A stretch of 64,000 nucleotides of DNA from Candidatus Bipolaricaulota bacterium (GTDB lineage: Bacteria > Bipolaricaulota > Bipolaricaulia > UBA7950 > UBA9294), in NCBI GenBank assembly GCA_026390345.1, contig JAPLGD010000089.1:28088-92087 (forward strand), written 5' to 3'. Shown piece by piece: positions 1-10,339 of this stretch. A program made the translations under genes and the position numbers. Under the pieces are notes generated by a model. The model made no database searches. It was not told the DNA's origin and saw nothing but the letters and a program-made list of their open reading frames with translations. How positions within the stretch are numbered: position 1 is the stretch's first letter; every line of letters starts with the position of its first letter.

Positions 1-993
1 GAACTCCTCAAACACGACCTGGTCGAGCTTGCTCCCCGTGTCGACGAGGGCCGTGGCGATGATCGTGAGGCTTCCTCCCTCCTCGATGTTCCGCGCCGCT
101 CCGAAGAACTCCTTCGGCTTGTAGAGCGCCGTCGGGTCCATTCCGCCCGACAACAGCTTCCCGGACGCCGGGATCGAGAGGTTGTAGGCACGAGCGAGCC
201 GGGTGATCGAATCCATCAGGATCACGACGTCGTGCCCCAGCTCGACGAGTCGCTTCGCGCGGTCCGTCACCAGCTCCGCGATCCGCGTGTGGTGCTTCGG
301 CTCCTGGTCGAACGTCGCCGCGACGACCTCGCCGTTCTTGATCGACCGCGTGAAGTCCGTGACTTCCTCCGGACGCTCGTCGACGAGGAGGACGAACAGC
401 TTGATGTCAGGATAGTTGGCGTTGATCCCGTTCGCGATCTTCTTGAGCAGCGTCGTCTTCCCCGCCTTTGGAGGGGACACGATCAGTCCGCGCTGCCCTT
501 TGCCGATCGGGCAGAACAGGTCGATCATCCGGGTCGAGATCTCCTCCGGATCGTGCTCCAGCTTGAGGTGCTGATTCGGGTGCAGGGGCGTCAGCTCCTG
601 GAACTGCACGCGGCGGCGAGAGTCCTCCGGATCGCCCCCGTTCACGGAGTCCGCCTTCAGGAGCGCGAAGTATCGCTCGTCGTTCTTGGGTCCGCGGATC
701 GGGCCGGACACGAGATCGCCGTCCCGGAGTGCGAACCGCTTGATCTGCGAAGGCGACACGTAGATGTCGGCCTTCCCGGGAAGGCAGCTGTCGCTTCGGA
801 GAAAGCCATACCCGTCCGGGTGAAGCTCCAGGATGCCGTCGATGAACTGAAGATCCTTGTTCCGCGCGAGGTGGGCCATCACCATGCGCGTGAGGTCGTC
901 CTTCCCGATTTGCCTGGAGTTCTTGATGTCGATCGTCTCGGCGAACTGCTCCAGCTCGTCGATCGTCTTCCGTCGCAGTTCTCGGATTTCCAT
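1..993 (-). CDS. rho: Transcription termination factor Rho. The C-terminus runs off the window start; the N-terminus [23 protein letters not shown] is at 993.
   Basis: The reverse-strand translation gives, in order, the Rho N-terminal domain, the RNA-binding region ([24 protein letters not shown]), Walker A ([20 protein letters not shown]), the Q and R loops and ITRLARAYN. The reading frame stays open to nt 1. A GAGGTGA Shine-Dalgarno sits upstream of the ATG. Confidence 0.9.
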   Translation of the reverse strand, partial: MEIRELRRKTIDELEQFAETIDIKNSRQIGKDDLTRMVMAHLARNKDLQFIDGILELHPDGYGFLRSDSCLPGKADIYVSPSQIKRFALRDGDLVSGPIRGPKNDERYFALLKADSVNGGDPEDSRRRVQFQELTPLHPNQHLKLEHDPEEISTRMIDLFCPIGKGQRGLIVSPPKAGKTTLLKKIANGINANYPDIKLFVLLVDERPEEVTDFTRSIKNGEVVAATFDQEPKHHTRIAELVTDRAKRLVELGHDVVILMDSITRLARAYNLSIPASGKLLSGGMDPTALYKPKEFFGAARNIEEGGSLTIIATALVDTGSKLDQVVFEEF

Positions 994-1069
994 GCCCGCT
1001 CACCTCAAATCGTCTGTCGTCAGTTCGCCATGTCGAGGGAGGTCGAGGTCGAAGGCACAAGCCCGACCC

Positions 1070-1516
1070 TCAGTGTATTTCGCCGCCCGCTCGATCTTCG
1101 AGTTTGCCTACCCGCGTCGCGTGCCGCCCTCCCTCGAACGGCGCCGCGAGCCACACGCGCACGATGTGCTCGGCGAGTCCCGCCCCGAGAACCCGACCTC
1201 CCAGACAGAGGACGTTCGCGTCGTTGTGCCGTCGGCTCAGCTCCGCCGAGAACGATTCCGTGCACGTCGCCGCGCGAATCCCAGGGTACTTCCCCGCCGC
1301 CATCGCCATCCCGATGCCGGTTCCGCAGATCAGAATCCCTCGATCCGCCTCGCCGTGCCGAATCAGCTTCACGACAGCGCGAGCAACGTCCGGGTAGTCC
1401 ACGGGGTCCGAGGAGGTAGTCCCAACGTCGACCACCGTGTGCCCCTCGAGGGCTCGTGCCATGAGGTGGGCCTTCAGCTCCACCCCCGCGTGGTCCGCTC
1501 CGATCGCGATCTTCAT
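1070..1516 (-). CDS. rpiB: Ribose-5-phosphate isomerase B (RpiB/LacAB family)
   Basis: 148 aa, MKIAIGADHAGVELK ... ILICGTGIGMAMAANK-like core typical of RpiB. Confidence 0.85.
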   Translation of the reverse strand: MKIAIGADHAGVELKAHLMARALEGHTVVDVGTTSSDPVDYPDVARAVVKLIRHGEADRGILICGTGIGMAMAAGKYPGIRAATCTESFSAELSRRHNDANVLCLGGRVLGAGLAEHIVRVWLAAPFEGGRHATRVGKLEDRAGGEIH

Positions 1517-1517
1517 C

Positions 1518-2162
1518 CTAGAGCCTCTTAAACAGCCACTTGATCATGTCGCCGTACATCCGCAGTCGGTCCGCAATGCCCTTCTTGAACCCGCGCTTCT
1601 CCTCTTTCAGAACGTGCGTGACCCCCTCGAGCTTGACGTACGCCTTCTTCCAGCCTTCCCTGGCGGCAAGCTTCGACAGGGCGATCTCGATCCCGAAGTT
1701 CATCTCGTGCACGTTCTCGACGTTTTCCTTGGCATGTTCCCACAGGCGCCGCGGGAGAACCCGCTGTCCCGACGCGTAGGGGTTGATCTTCTGCGCCAGG
1801 TCCGTGTTCTTGCGGCCGTCGGAGAAGATCCCCACAGCCATGTCCAGATCCTGCTCGACGAAGGCATGGATCAGTCGGTCGACATGCTCCGTCCGGAGAC
1901 CGACGAGGTCGGCGTCGAGGAAGAGGAACACGTCGTGCTTCGCCGCGGCGACCCCCGCGTCGAGCGCGGCGGCCTTTCCTCGGTTCTCCGGAAGCCGAAC
2001 GACCCGAACCGGAAAGCGGCTCGCTTCCTCGGCGGTCGAGTCCTCCGAGCCGTCGTCTACGACGATGACCTCGGCGACAAGACGGCTACCGAGTACGGGT
2101 TCGAGCACCGCCCCGATCCGTCCGGCCTCGTTGTACGCGGGCACCACCACGGAAATGCTCAT
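1518..2162 (-). CDS. Family 2 glycosyltransferase (polyprenol-phosphate sugar transferase-like)
   Basis: MSISVVVPAYNE...VIVVDDGSEDST...FLDADL motifs of the GT2 (GT-A) fold. Start is taken at Met43 of the listed ORF; the longer upstream extension overlaps the helicase gene and is treated as spurious. Confidence 0.7.
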   Translation of the reverse strand: MSISVVVPAYNEAGRIGAVLEPVLGSRLVAEVIVVDDGSEDSTAEEASRFPVRVVRLPENRGKAAALDAGVAAAKHDVFLFLDADLVGLRTEHVDRLIHAFVEQDLDMAVGIFSDGRKNTDLAQKINPYASGQRVLPRRLWEHAKENVENVHEMNFGIEIALSKLAAREGWKKAYVKLEGVTHVLKEEKRGFKKGIADRLRMYGDMIKWLFKRL

Positions 2163-2239
2163 CAATTCTTGAGTTATGGATGTGGATGTTAATGCTGATC
2201 CGTTTGTCGAGGCCATTCTACCGGCTCGTTCGGCCGATG

Positions 2240-4729
2240 TCAATTCGCTTGAGACGACCCCTCCTCGCGTTGAGCCCCATGAAACCACGCCGCCGCCTCG
2301 CGGACCAGGTCGGCGGCGCTCGCCGTCTCCTCCACGGCAACCGGCAGGGCCTCAGCGAACTTCCTTCCGTATCCCTTGGTTCGGATCCGGTCGTCCGTCA
2401 CCACGACGACGCCCCGGTCGTGCTGGGTCCGGATGAGGCGCCCCACCCCCTGTCGCAGCCGCAGGACCGCCTGGGGAAGGGCGAGCTCGTAGAACGGCTC
2501 CCTTCCCGTTCTCTCGTACCGCTCCGACAGCGCGGCAAACACCGGATCGGTCGGCACGGCAAATGGAAGCCGGGTAACCACCAGGTATTCGAGCTCTTCT
2601 CCCGGAAGGTCCACGCCTTCCCAGAAGCTGTCCGCTCCGAGGAGCAGCATCCCGTCCTTCCCGCGGCGGAACCGCTCGACGAGGCTCGTCCGCGGGCCGT
2701 CGACCCCTTGAGCGAGAAGCGGGACCACGCCCACCAACCGCTCTCGCACGCGCTGCAGAAGATCGTAGGAAGTGAACAGGACGAGGCCGTTGCGGTGGAG
2801 CGCGCCGTGCAGGTTGACAAGCAGTTCGGCCAGCGCGTCGGCGTACGCCTCCGCGTCGCCCAGCACAGCGGGGAACCGGCGCGGCACAAGGATCCTCATC
2901 CGCCCTTCATAGGAGAACGGGCTCTCGGCCACCGCCCCCTGGACGTCCGAGAATGCGCCATCCAGGCCGAGCGTGCGGTGCAGGTAGGCGAAGTCCCCTC
3001 CCAACGAGAGCGTCGCCGACGTGAGCACAGCCGCTTCCAGATCGGGGTACAGACACTCGGCCAGGATCGGCGCCACGTCGAGCGGCGTGACGTGGAGGGA
3101 CAGCCGCCCCCCTTCGCGCTCGTACCAGTGGACCGAGTTCTCGCTCGGCTCTCTCGCCAGAACGCCCGCCACGCTTTCCAGTTCCTGGAGCGCCGTGAGG
3201 CCGCCTTCTCCCTCACGCGCCAAGTCCTGCTCCTCGCGCACCCGCTCGATGAGGGCCTCGACGCTCACGCCCACCCCCCGCGCCGCAACGCGGAATGCCT
3301 CGAGGTCACCCTGCACAGGCGACAGGTCGGGGAGCCGCCCTCGCCGCTCCTCGGAGAGCACCGACTCGACAGAGCGGAAGAGGCGCGACGCTTGGCCGGG
3401 TAGAACAGCGGCCGCGTCGCCCGCACGGAGCGCCTCCTCGTCCTCCGGCGCCAGCGGGAGCCGCCCGACCCATCCCCCGCGGCGGTTGCGGGGCGGCGCA
3501 AGCTGCTCCACGACGCGCTCGATCATCGACTGCGACAGGCTCGCCGTGAACGCAGACCTCGCCGCGGCTTCGAACGCGTGGGCCTCGTCGATCACGAGGT
3601 GGCTGTACTTTCCGAGCACAACCCCGTGCGTCGCGGCGTCGGCGAGAAGCAGAGAGTGGTTGACGACCACGAGATCCGCCTTCCGCGCCCGTCGCCGCCC
3701 CTGGATCGAGAAACACCCCTCCATGTGGGGGCAGAAGGCGCCCACACAATGGTGCGGCGAGTCGTAGAGCCGCCCCCACAGCTCGCGTGAGTTCGGGTCG
3801 GCGAGGAACGCGCAGTTCTCTTCGATGTCCCCGGTCTCGGTGTCGGACAACCACCGCACGAGCGGAGCCAGCGAGGCCAGCCGGTCCCGCTCCAGGCCGT
3901 TCACGAGTTCCTGCAGGAGGATCTCCCACCGCCGGAGACACAGGTAGTTCTCCCGCCCCTTGAGCATCGCGGTCGACACCTCCGGCGCGATTCGCTCCAC
4001 GAGGAACGGCAAGTCCTCTCGGTAGAGCTGTTCTTGGAGCTGCTTCGTCCGCGTGCACACGACGACCCGCGCTGTCTTGTCATCCCGGAGCTTAAGAATC
4101 GCCGGCACCAGGTAGGCGAAGGTCTTGCCCGTCCCCGGACCCGCCTCGACGGACAGCGCGCCACCCGTACGGAAGATCTCCCCCACACGACGCGCCATGT
4201 CGAGCTGGCCTGCCCGCACTTCGTACTGCGACAGGGCCGCAGCGACGACCCCGTTGGGCCCGAGGACCTCTTCCGCTCCTCCCACCGCGTCGCTTGGGGG
4301 TTCGGCTTTCGGAGGCACCGTCTCCAACTCCTCGGGCGACGCCGAAACCGGGAGAAGCGCAACGAGGAGTCGCGCCAAGGGAGGAGAAAGGAGCTCGGCG
4401 AGGAGGGCCACGACGTCGCGATCGAGGACCGGAATCTCCTCAAGGGTGCGGACGAAGATCCGCCCGACCTTCTCCGCCGGCGCCGTGTCCGGCAGCTCGA
4501 GGTAGTGGGCAATCGCCGCCATCCCGTGATCGGCCGCACAGGGGAAGACGGCTCGAACGAGCGGCGCGACGTCGAGAGCCTCGCCCGCCCGCTCGCCGTA
4601 GCCAACCCGCGGGGCATCGCCCGCCACGCCGGACCCCGACTCGGGCACGCCCTCCACGAACAGGACGCGCTCCCCGGCCGCTACGGCGGCGAATTGCTCA
4701 AGGCCGAGCGCCTTCCACGGGAGGCTCAT
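2240..4729 (-). CDS. DinG/Rad3-family ATP-dependent DNA helicase
   Basis: 829 aa with GTGKT Walker A, a DEAH box (VIDEAH), a four-Cys FeS-cluster insertion ([14 protein letters not shown]) and C-terminal helicase motifs. Its start overlaps the miaB stop (ATGA). Confidence 0.8.
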   Translation of the reverse strand: MSLPWKALGLEQFAAVAAGERVLFVEGVPESGSGVAGDAPRVGYGERAGEALDVAPLVRAVFPCAADHGMAAIAHYLELPDTAPAEKVGRIFVRTLEEIPVLDRDVVALLAELLSPPLARLLVALLPVSASPEELETVPPKAEPPSDAVGGAEEVLGPNGVVAAALSQYEVRAGQLDMARRVGEIFRTGGALSVEAGPGTGKTFAYLVPAILKLRDDKTARVVVCTRTKQLQEQLYREDLPFLVERIAPEVSTAMLKGRENYLCLRRWEILLQELVNGLERDRLASLAPLVRWLSDTETGDIEENCAFLADPNSRELWGRLYDSPHHCVGAFCPHMEGCFSIQGRRRARKADLVVVNHSLLLADAATHGVVLGKYSHLVIDEAHAFEAAARSAFTASLSQSMIERVVEQLAPPRNRRGGWVGRLPLAPEDEEALRAGDAAAVLPGQASRLFRSVESVLSEERRGRLPDLSPVQGDLEAFRVAARGVGVSVEALIERVREEQDLAREGEGGLTALQELESVAGVLAREPSENSVHWYEREGGRLSLHVTPLDVAPILAECLYPDLEAAVLTSATLSLGGDFAYLHRTLGLDGAFSDVQGAVAESPFSYEGRMRILVPRRFPAVLGDAEAYADALAELLVNLHGALHRNGLVLFTSYDLLQRVRERLVGVVPLLAQGVDGPRTSLVERFRRGKDGMLLLGADSFWEGVDLPGEELEYLVVTRLPFAVPTDPVFAALSERYERTGREPFYELALPQAVLRLRQGVGRLIRTQHDRGVVVVTDDRIRTKGYGRKFAEALPVAVEETASAADLVREAAAWFHGAQREEGSSQAN

Positions 4730-6024
4730 CCGCCGCGGACAGCACCGACCAGCGCCGCCGCCGCCGCACCCTCCACGTGCACCGGCACGAGGTCCCCGAC
4801 CTGTGCATCGCCGCGGACGACCACCGTCCGATGGTCGTCCATGCGGCCGTAGTGGACGCCGTCTCGCGTCTTCCCCTCGATCAGCACGACGACCTCCTTC
4901 CCAACGAAGCGCTGGTTCTCCTCCAGGGCAATCCGCCGCTCCGCGTCAAGGAGGCGCCGAAGCCTTTCTTCCTTCTCCTCCGCCGGCACGTCGTCGGGCT
5001 CTAGGGCCGAACGGGTCAGCGGCCGTGGCGAGTACTTGGCCGCATAGATCGAACCGAACCGCATCTCTTCGACCAGCGCGAGGGTGTCCTCGAACTCCGC
5101 GTCGGTCTCTCTGGGGTACCCGACGATCATGTCGGTCGTGACGTTGAGTCCAGGCATCGCACGCCTCGCCCCTCCTACGAGTCCCTTGTACCGCTCCCGG
5201 GTGTAGCCGCGGTTCATCGCCGCGAGGACGCGGTCGTTCCCCGATTGACACGCCAGATGGAGGTGCCGGCAAACGGTCGGCTCGCTCGCCATGACCGACA
5301 GCACGTCGTTCGTCAGGTCGCGTGGGTGCGAGCTCGTGAACCGGACCCGGCCGATCCCTGTATGCGCAACCCGCCGGAGGAGCTCGGCAAAGACACCGTA
5401 CGACGGCCGATCTCGTCCGTAGGAGTTCACGTTCTGGCCCAGGAGAAGCACCTCCCGATACCCGTCCTCGACGGCCTTCTCGACCTCGCCGACGATCCGC
5501 TCCGGCGGACGGCTGCGCATCGGTCCCCGCGCGTACGGCACGATGCAGTAGGAGCAGAAGTTCGAGCAGCCCTCGGTGATCGTGATCATCGCCGACACGG
5601 AGGACGCGCGAACGGACGCCGACTCCTCGTGCTCCTCCGCGCCGCCCACGTCGACCGGTCGCTCCCCTGCGCGAGCGACCCGGTCGACCAACGCCGGAAT
5701 CGCCGAGTGACCCCGCGTCCCGAAGACGAAGTCGACGGCCGTAGACCGTGCCAGCAGCTTCGTGCCATGGACCTGACCGAAGCAGCCACCCACCCCCAGG
5801 ATGACGGGCCTTCGCCGCTTCTCCTCGACGACGGCGCCCAGCCTCCCGAGAAGCTTCTCCTCGGCCTTCTGGCGCACCATGCACCCGTTGAAGAGAACGA
5901 CGTCGGCGCCGTCCAGGCGATCGACGAGCTCGTACCCCGCCGCGCGCATCGCGCCGGCCAGCTCCTCCGACTGGTGGAGGTTCATCTGGCAGCCCCAGGT
6001 CTCGATGTAGACTCGCTTCGTCAT
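4726..6024 (-). CDS. miaB: tRNA methylthiotransferase (MiaB-like radical SAM with TRAM domain)
   Basis: Begins MTKRVYIETWGCQMN, which matches the MTTase N-terminal domain. A CxxxCxxC radical-SAM region (CSNFCSYC) and a C-terminal TRAM domain follow. Start is placed at Met15 of the listed ORF. Confidence 0.8.
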   Translation of the reverse strand: MTKRVYIETWGCQMNLHQSEELAGAMRAAGYELVDRLDGADVVLFNGCMVRQKAEEKLLGRLGAVVEEKRRRPVILGVGGCFGQVHGTKLLARSTAVDFVFGTRGHSAIPALVDRVARAGERPVDVGGAEEHEESASVRASSVSAMITITEGCSNFCSYCIVPYARGPMRSRPPERIVGEVEKAVEDGYREVLLLGQNVNSYGRDRPSYGVFAELLRRVAHTGIGRVRFTSSHPRDLTNDVLSVMASEPTVCRHLHLACQSGNDRVLAAMNRGYTRERYKGLVGGARRAMPGLNVTTDMIVGYPRETDAEFEDTLALVEEMRFGSIYAAKYSPRPLTRSALEPDDVPAEEKEERLRRLLDAERRIALEENQRFVGKEVVVLIEGKTRDGVHYGRMDDHRTVVVRGDAQVGDLVPVHVEGAAAAALVGAVRGG

Positions 6025-6149
6025 TGTTCGAATCGGCCAACTATATCCAACGGAGCGAGAGTCCATCCAACCGCGTAGGGAACTCGCGAAGCCGATCCGG
6101 ACATCCGACCTAGCTCGACGATCCGCCTGTCCGGTAAGATCGAGGCGTC

Positions 6150-9100
6150 ATGCTGCGCCGTTGCGATCGCTACATCCTTCGGGAGGCCCTGGGCCCGTTT
6201 CTCCTCGCCCTCGCAGGACTCGTTCTGTTCATCCTTCTGAACGTTATCCTGTCTCTGTCCGACCTGATGGTCGATCGCGGAGTGAGCATGACGACCCTCC
6301 TCCGGCTCGTCCTGCTCAAGATTCCCAGCCTCCTGGTCGTCGCCGTCCCGATGAGCGCACTGTTCGCGACGTTCCTCGGCCTGGGGCGGATGGGCCACGA
6401 CCGCGAAGTCCTGGCCCTCGAGTCCCTCGGAATCCCGCTGCGACGCATCCTCCTTCCCCTGCTCCTCGCCGCCGCGTTCGTCGGGGTCGCGGACTTCGCC
6501 CTGTACAACTGGCTCGTCCCGGCCTCCGAGGCCGCCTACCAGGACGCGCTGCGCCAAGTCATCTATCGACAGGGAACGCCGCGCATTACGCCGAACGCCT
6601 TCTTCAAGGGGCAGAACGACCAGTTCTTCTACATCCGCCGCTTCGACGAATCGAGCGGGAAGCTCTACGACGTCGTCATCTACGACACGACCGGCCGTCT
6701 CTTCCCGCAGGCGGGGACTCAGGTCACGATGATCACGGCCGACGAGGGGACGTGGACCGCCGGCGCCTGGACGCTTTCCTCAGGCACGGTCTATGGGTTC
6801 GACCGCGAAGGCCAGCTTGTCTTCACGGCGACGATTGAGTCCCTGGTGATCCCGATCGAGCAAGGCGTCGCTGAACTGGTGTCGCACTCGCGGACCCCGT
6901 CGGAGATGGGACTCGCCGAGCTCCGCGAGCGGATCACCCAGGCCCGCAAGAATGGCCAGCGGGTCCATGAGTACATTGTCGAGTCGCACCTCAAGCTGGC
7001 TCTTCCGCTGGCCACCCTCGTCTTCGTCCTCCTGGGCGGCGCGCTGAGCCTCGCATTCCTTCCGGCCAATCGGGCCGTCGGCATCGTGCTCGGACTCCTT
7101 CTCGTCGCCGTGTTCCAGGGCTTCCTCTGGTGGACGCAGACCCTCGGCCGACGAGGAGCAATGGACCCGGCGTGGGCGGCGTGGCTGCCCGACCTCGTGT
7201 TCGGTGTGATCGGCGTGTACCTGTACGCGCGGGTGGATCGACTCGCAACGCGCGACACGCGCGGCCGGTGGTGGAGGCGGCTGCCCCTGACGCTCATCCT
7301 CCTCCTGGCGGTCTCCCTCTCCGTCCTGGGCACCGACGCGTTCGGGCCGAGCGTCGACTCCGACGCACCGGAGGATGGCATCGGCTCCGGCGTCCGAGAA
7401 GACAACGTCGGCAGCGTCCCCGTGCACCTTGAGTGCGACGAGCTCTTCGTCGCCGATGACGGCTCAACGCTCCACGCTGTTGGCTCCGTCCGCGCGACCT
7501 TTGCGGATTCGCAACTCGAGGCCGACGACCTCCTCGTCGAGCGCGTCCAGTCGTCGAGTTGGCGCCTCTCCGCGTCCGGCTCCGTGGCACTCCTGGTCCC
7601 CGGCACGACGGAGCTTGCGGGAGACTCGATGATCGTCGAGATCAACGGCCAGAGCGGCGAAGTTAGGCCTCGTTGGGCCGAAGCGGACGGCCTGCGCGGG
7701 GAGGTCGTCTTCACAAACTCCGAGGGGAAGGAGAAGGAGCTTTTTTTTCGCGCCCGTCGAGGTGAGGTCTCGTTTGACGACAAGGGTGAGGTGAGTCTTC
7801 TCACCGCCGAGCAGGCGGAGGTCACGACGTGCGACTGCTGCGGCCTGGCCCTCGACCGCCAGCCGTACAGCCTCAAGGCCGACCGGCTCCGCCTGTATCC
7901 CGATCGACTGCTCGTCGCCTATGGGCTGACCGCCCGTGTCAGCGCGGTGAGGGTCTTCTGGCTCCCTCTCTACGTCCAGCCGCTCGAGGAGACACTCGAC
8001 TCCCCCCTCTTCCCGGCGTTCGGCTCGAGTTCTTCGCGGGGTTGGTTCGTCAAGTGGAACGTGCCCTTCTTCCTGAGCGAAGCCGTCTACGGGACCATCC
8101 TCCTCGACTACTACAGCAAGTACAGCGAGATAGGAGTCGGAGCCACTCTGCGGTACGCCGCTGGCGGGCACGAGGGCCGCGCCTCGGCGTACATCCTCCC
8201 GAGCGAGGTCAATGATACCAAGGTCGAGGTCAGCGCCACCGACACGGTCACTCTGGGCGCGAACTGGCAGGGCGTCGGCCGCCTCGAGTACAAGATGGAC
8301 GGCGACGACGAGGAGCTTTCGTTCTCGGCGAAGCTCCGCGGAACGATCGGCCGCGCCGATGTTTCGCTTCTCGTCTCGCGCATCATCGACACCACCACCA
8401 CAACAACGATCGAGGAGAAACTCCCCGAGCTGTCGTTCTCCCTGCCGTCCCAGGAAGTGGGCCCTCTTTCGTTCCGCCCGACGTTCTTCGCCGGGTGGTA
8501 CCGGGAGGAGAAGGAGGGTGAGTCTCCAGAGGGGCGGTTCAGGTTTCGTAGCCAACTCGAGTCGACCGTCGATGCCATGACGTTCGCCGGGTTCCGGATC
8601 CAACCGTCAGCGACGCTTCAGACGTCGCTCTACGCCGACGCGATCGGCTGGGAAGACGTGGAGAGCATCGAAGTGGGCGCGTCGGCCACCCGCAGCGGGC
8701 TCGAGCTCACTTGGACCACTACGTTCGCCCGCGGATCGAGCCCGTTCGAGTTCGACGAGACGACGACCGAGCACGAGCTAACGTGGACTACGAAGCGCTC
8801 CGGGCCCGTCGACCTGACGATCTCAGGAAGCTTCAACTCCGTAGACGGCCCAGGGCTCGTTCGGGCCACCGCCGACTGGGACGACTGGGCCACATGGAAG
8901 GTGACCGCGAACTACAACCTGACCCTCGCCCGCCTCTCGACCCTCGTGGTCCGCGGGAATTGGCGCGACGAGCACCGCAAGGTCGCCTGGAGGATCCCAT
9001 ACGACGCCCTCGACGGCGAGTTTTCGACCGCGTCGCTCGACGTGTCCACCCAGTGGAAGGCCCTATCTCTCTCCCTGGAGAACGACCTCAATCTCAACAC

Positions 9101-9362
9101 CCTTGCGCTCACCGCGGCGGACATCACGGCGGACCTCGCCGTCGGAAACGGGTGGGGCCTCGAGCTCGAGATCGACTACTCCTCCAACTCCTTCGATCTG
9201 GGCGACGTCTCGTACGGCGTGTTCAAGGACATCGCCGACTGCGTGCGCGTCGGCATCGAGCGGTCGTCAGGCGACGTCTGGCTCTACGTTTCCATCCTCG
9301 CCTTCCCCGAAGCCGTGCTCCGCTACGCGCCGACCAGCGCAAGCTTCGAGATCGGGGAGTGA
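6150..9362 (+). CDS. Single ORF fusing an LptF/LptG-family LPS export permease (aa 1-~375) to a complete LptD/OstA outer-membrane LPS-assembly protein (aa ~400-1070).
   Basis: The N-terminus MLRRCDRYILREALGPF has the LptF/G signature. Six TM helices follow, with a periplasmic beta-jellyroll between TM3 and TM4. After the last permease helix comes RGRWWRR + LPLTLILLLAVSLSVLG|TDA, which looks like a signal peptide with n, h and c regions. Next is an LptA/OstA-N jellyroll (VHLECDELFVADDGSTLHAVGSVRATF...). The LptD barrel follows: the conserved TTCDCC Cys pair, then SPLFPAFGSSSSRGWFVKWNVPFF...LDYYSKYSE, and a C-terminal Cys motif IADCVRVGIERS (compare E. coli SCCYAIRVGYERK). Confidence 0.75.
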   Translation: MLRRCDRYILREALGPFLLALAGLVLFILLNVILSLSDLMVDRGVSMTTLLRLVLLKIPSLLVVAVPMSALFATFLGLGRMGHDREVLALESLGIPLRRILLPLLLAAAFVGVADFALYNWLVPASEAAYQDALRQVIYRQGTPRITPNAFFKGQNDQFFYIRRFDESSGKLYDVVIYDTTGRLFPQAGTQVTMITADEGTWTAGAWTLSSGTVYGFDREGQLVFTATIESLVIPIEQGVAELVSHSRTPSEMGLAELRERITQARKNGQRVHEYIVESHLKLALPLATLVFVLLGGALSLAFLPANRAVGIVLGLLLVAVFQGFLWWTQTLGRRGAMDPAWAAWLPDLVFGVIGVYLYARVDRLATRDTRGRWWRRLPLTLILLLAVSLSVLGTDAFGPSVDSDAPEDGIGSGVREDNVGSVPVHLECDELFVADDGSTLHAVGSVRATFADSQLEADDLLVERVQSSSWRLSASGSVALLVPGTTELAGDSMIVEINGQSGEVRPRWAEADGLRGEVVFTNSEGKEKELFFRARRGEVSFDDKGEVSLLTAEQAEVTTCDCCGLALDRQPYSLKADRLRLYPDRLLVAYGLTARVSAVRVFWLPLYVQPLEETLDSPLFPAFGSSSSRGWFVKWNVPFFLSEAVYGTILLDYYSKYSEIGVGATLRYAAGGHEGRASAYILPSEVNDTKVEVSATDTVTLGANWQGVGRLEYKMDGDDEELSFSAKLRGTIGRADVSLLVSRIIDTTTTTTIEEKLPELSFSLPSQEVGPLSFRPTFFAGWYREEKEGESPEGRFRFRSQLESTVDAMTFAGFRIQPSATLQTSLYADAIGWEDVESIEVGASATRSGLELTWTTTFARGSSPFEFDETTTEHELTWTTKRSGPVDLTISGSFNSVDGPGLVRATADWDDWATWKVTANYNLTLARLSTLVVRGNWRDEHRKVAWRIPYDALDGEFSTASLDVSTQWKALSLSLENDLNLNTLALTAADITADLAVGNGWGLELEIDYSSNSFDLGDVSYGVFKDIADCVRVGIERSSGDVWLYVSILAFPEAVLRYAPTSASFEIGE

Positions 9363-9417
9363 TGGGGTAGAATCACGACGGCGTCGCGAGGCCGTGCCTT
9401 CGGCGCGAGGGGGAGCC

Positions 9418-9507
9418 ATGGACTTGTCCTACCTTGTGTATCTGGTCATCGCCTGCATCCTGATCGGGAAGTTCCTCGTCGGGGGCTGTGGCGGGACCTG
9501 CGGCTGA
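9418..9507 (+). CDS. Candidate 29-aa single-pass membrane peptide, MDLSYLVYLVIACILIGKFLVGGCGGTCG
   Basis: An ATG with an AGGGGGAG Shine-Dalgarno about 7 nt upstream, in the gap between lptFG-D and the nitrilase gene. One strongly hydrophobic helix followed by a Gly/Cys-rich tail. No homology evidence. Confidence 0.3.
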   Translation: MDLSYLVYLVIACILIGKFLVGGCGGTCG

Positions 9508-9547
9508 CCCACGCGGAACCCGATCCGGAAGCGGGTACGATCCGACC

Positions 9548-10339
9548 ATGAGAATTGGGATTGCGCAGACTCGCCCAGAGTTCGGTGAGCGAGACCGGAA
9601 CCTGAACGACACGTTCGCCCTCCTGTCCCGGGAGGCGGCGGACCTGTGGGTGATCCCCGAGTTCTTCGCGTCCGGATACCAATTCGCGCGCGCCGAGGAG
9701 GTCCGCGACTTGGCGGAGCCCGTGCCCGACGGCTCCACGGTGCGCGCCCTCGCATCGTTCTGCCGGGATCGCAACTGCTTCGTTGCCGCCGGGCTCCCCG
9801 AGGCCGCCGACGGTGTCGTGTACAACTCCGCTGTCCTTGTCGGACCTCGCGGGTTCGTGTCGGTGTACCGCAAGATCCACCTGTTTGGAGACGAGACGCG
9901 CTGGTTCGCTCCGGGGAACCTGCCGTTCTCCGTCCAGGACATCGGCGTCGCGCGCGTCGGGATCATGATCTGCTTCGACCACTTCTTCCCTGAAGCAGCC
10001 CGCACCTTGGCCCTTCTCGGCGCCGACATCCTCGCACACCCCGCGAACCTCATCATCCCCGGCCTCGCGCAACGGACGATGACGGTCCGCGCGCTCGAGA
10101 ACGGCGTATTCGCCGCGACCGCAAACCGTGTGGGCGAGGAGTCCCGCGCGGAGAAGACGCTGCGCTACACAGGCCAGAGCCAGATCGTCGCTCCGGACGG
10201 CACCGCGCTCGCCCGGCTCTCGTCCGACCGCGTCGAGGCCGCCGTCGCCGAGATCAATCCTGCGGAGGCTCGAAACAAGCGCCTCACGTCACGCAACGAC
10301 AAGCTCGGAGACCGCCGGCCCGAGTTCTACCGGACCTAG
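9548..10339 (+). CDS. Carbon-nitrogen hydrolase family protein (nitrilase/amidase superfamily)
   Basis: MRIGIAQTRPEFGERDRNL ... E-K-C catalytic-triad context (WVIPEFF; RKIHLF; MICFDHFFPE). Start is placed at Met21 of the listed ORF. Confidence 0.8.
   Translation: MRIGIAQTRPEFGERDRNLNDTFALLSREAADLWVIPEFFASGYQFARAEEVRDLAEPVPDGSTVRALASFCRDRNCFVAAGLPEAADGVVYNSAVLVGPRGFVSVYRKIHLFGDETRWFAPGNLPFSVQDIGVARVGIMICFDHFFPEAARTLALLGADILAHPANLIIPGLAQRTMTVRALENGVFAATANRVGEESRAEKTLRYTGQSQIVAPDGTALARLSSDRVEAAVAEINPAEARNKRLTSRNDKLGDRRPEFYRT

Noticed and set aside
232-1419. Long Arg/Pro-rich ORFs antisense to or overlapping real genes. Examples: 232..1419 (+), 6021..6557 (-), 10289..11083 (-), 11354..12148 (-), 15832..16650 (-), 19761..21293 (-), 26107..28149 (+), 39138..42920 (+), 42917..45652 (+), 48466..50454 (+)
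   Set aside because: These are typical high-GC open-frame artefacts: low-complexity R/P/G-rich translations with no recognisable domains, each fully overlapped by a well-supported gene on the other strand or in another frame.
2163-2288. Longer start for the GT2 gene (Met1 or Met25 of the listed ORF)
   Set aside because: Those starts would overlap the 3' end of the DinG-like helicase gene, and the canonical GT2 N-terminus MSISVVVPAYNE begins at Met43.
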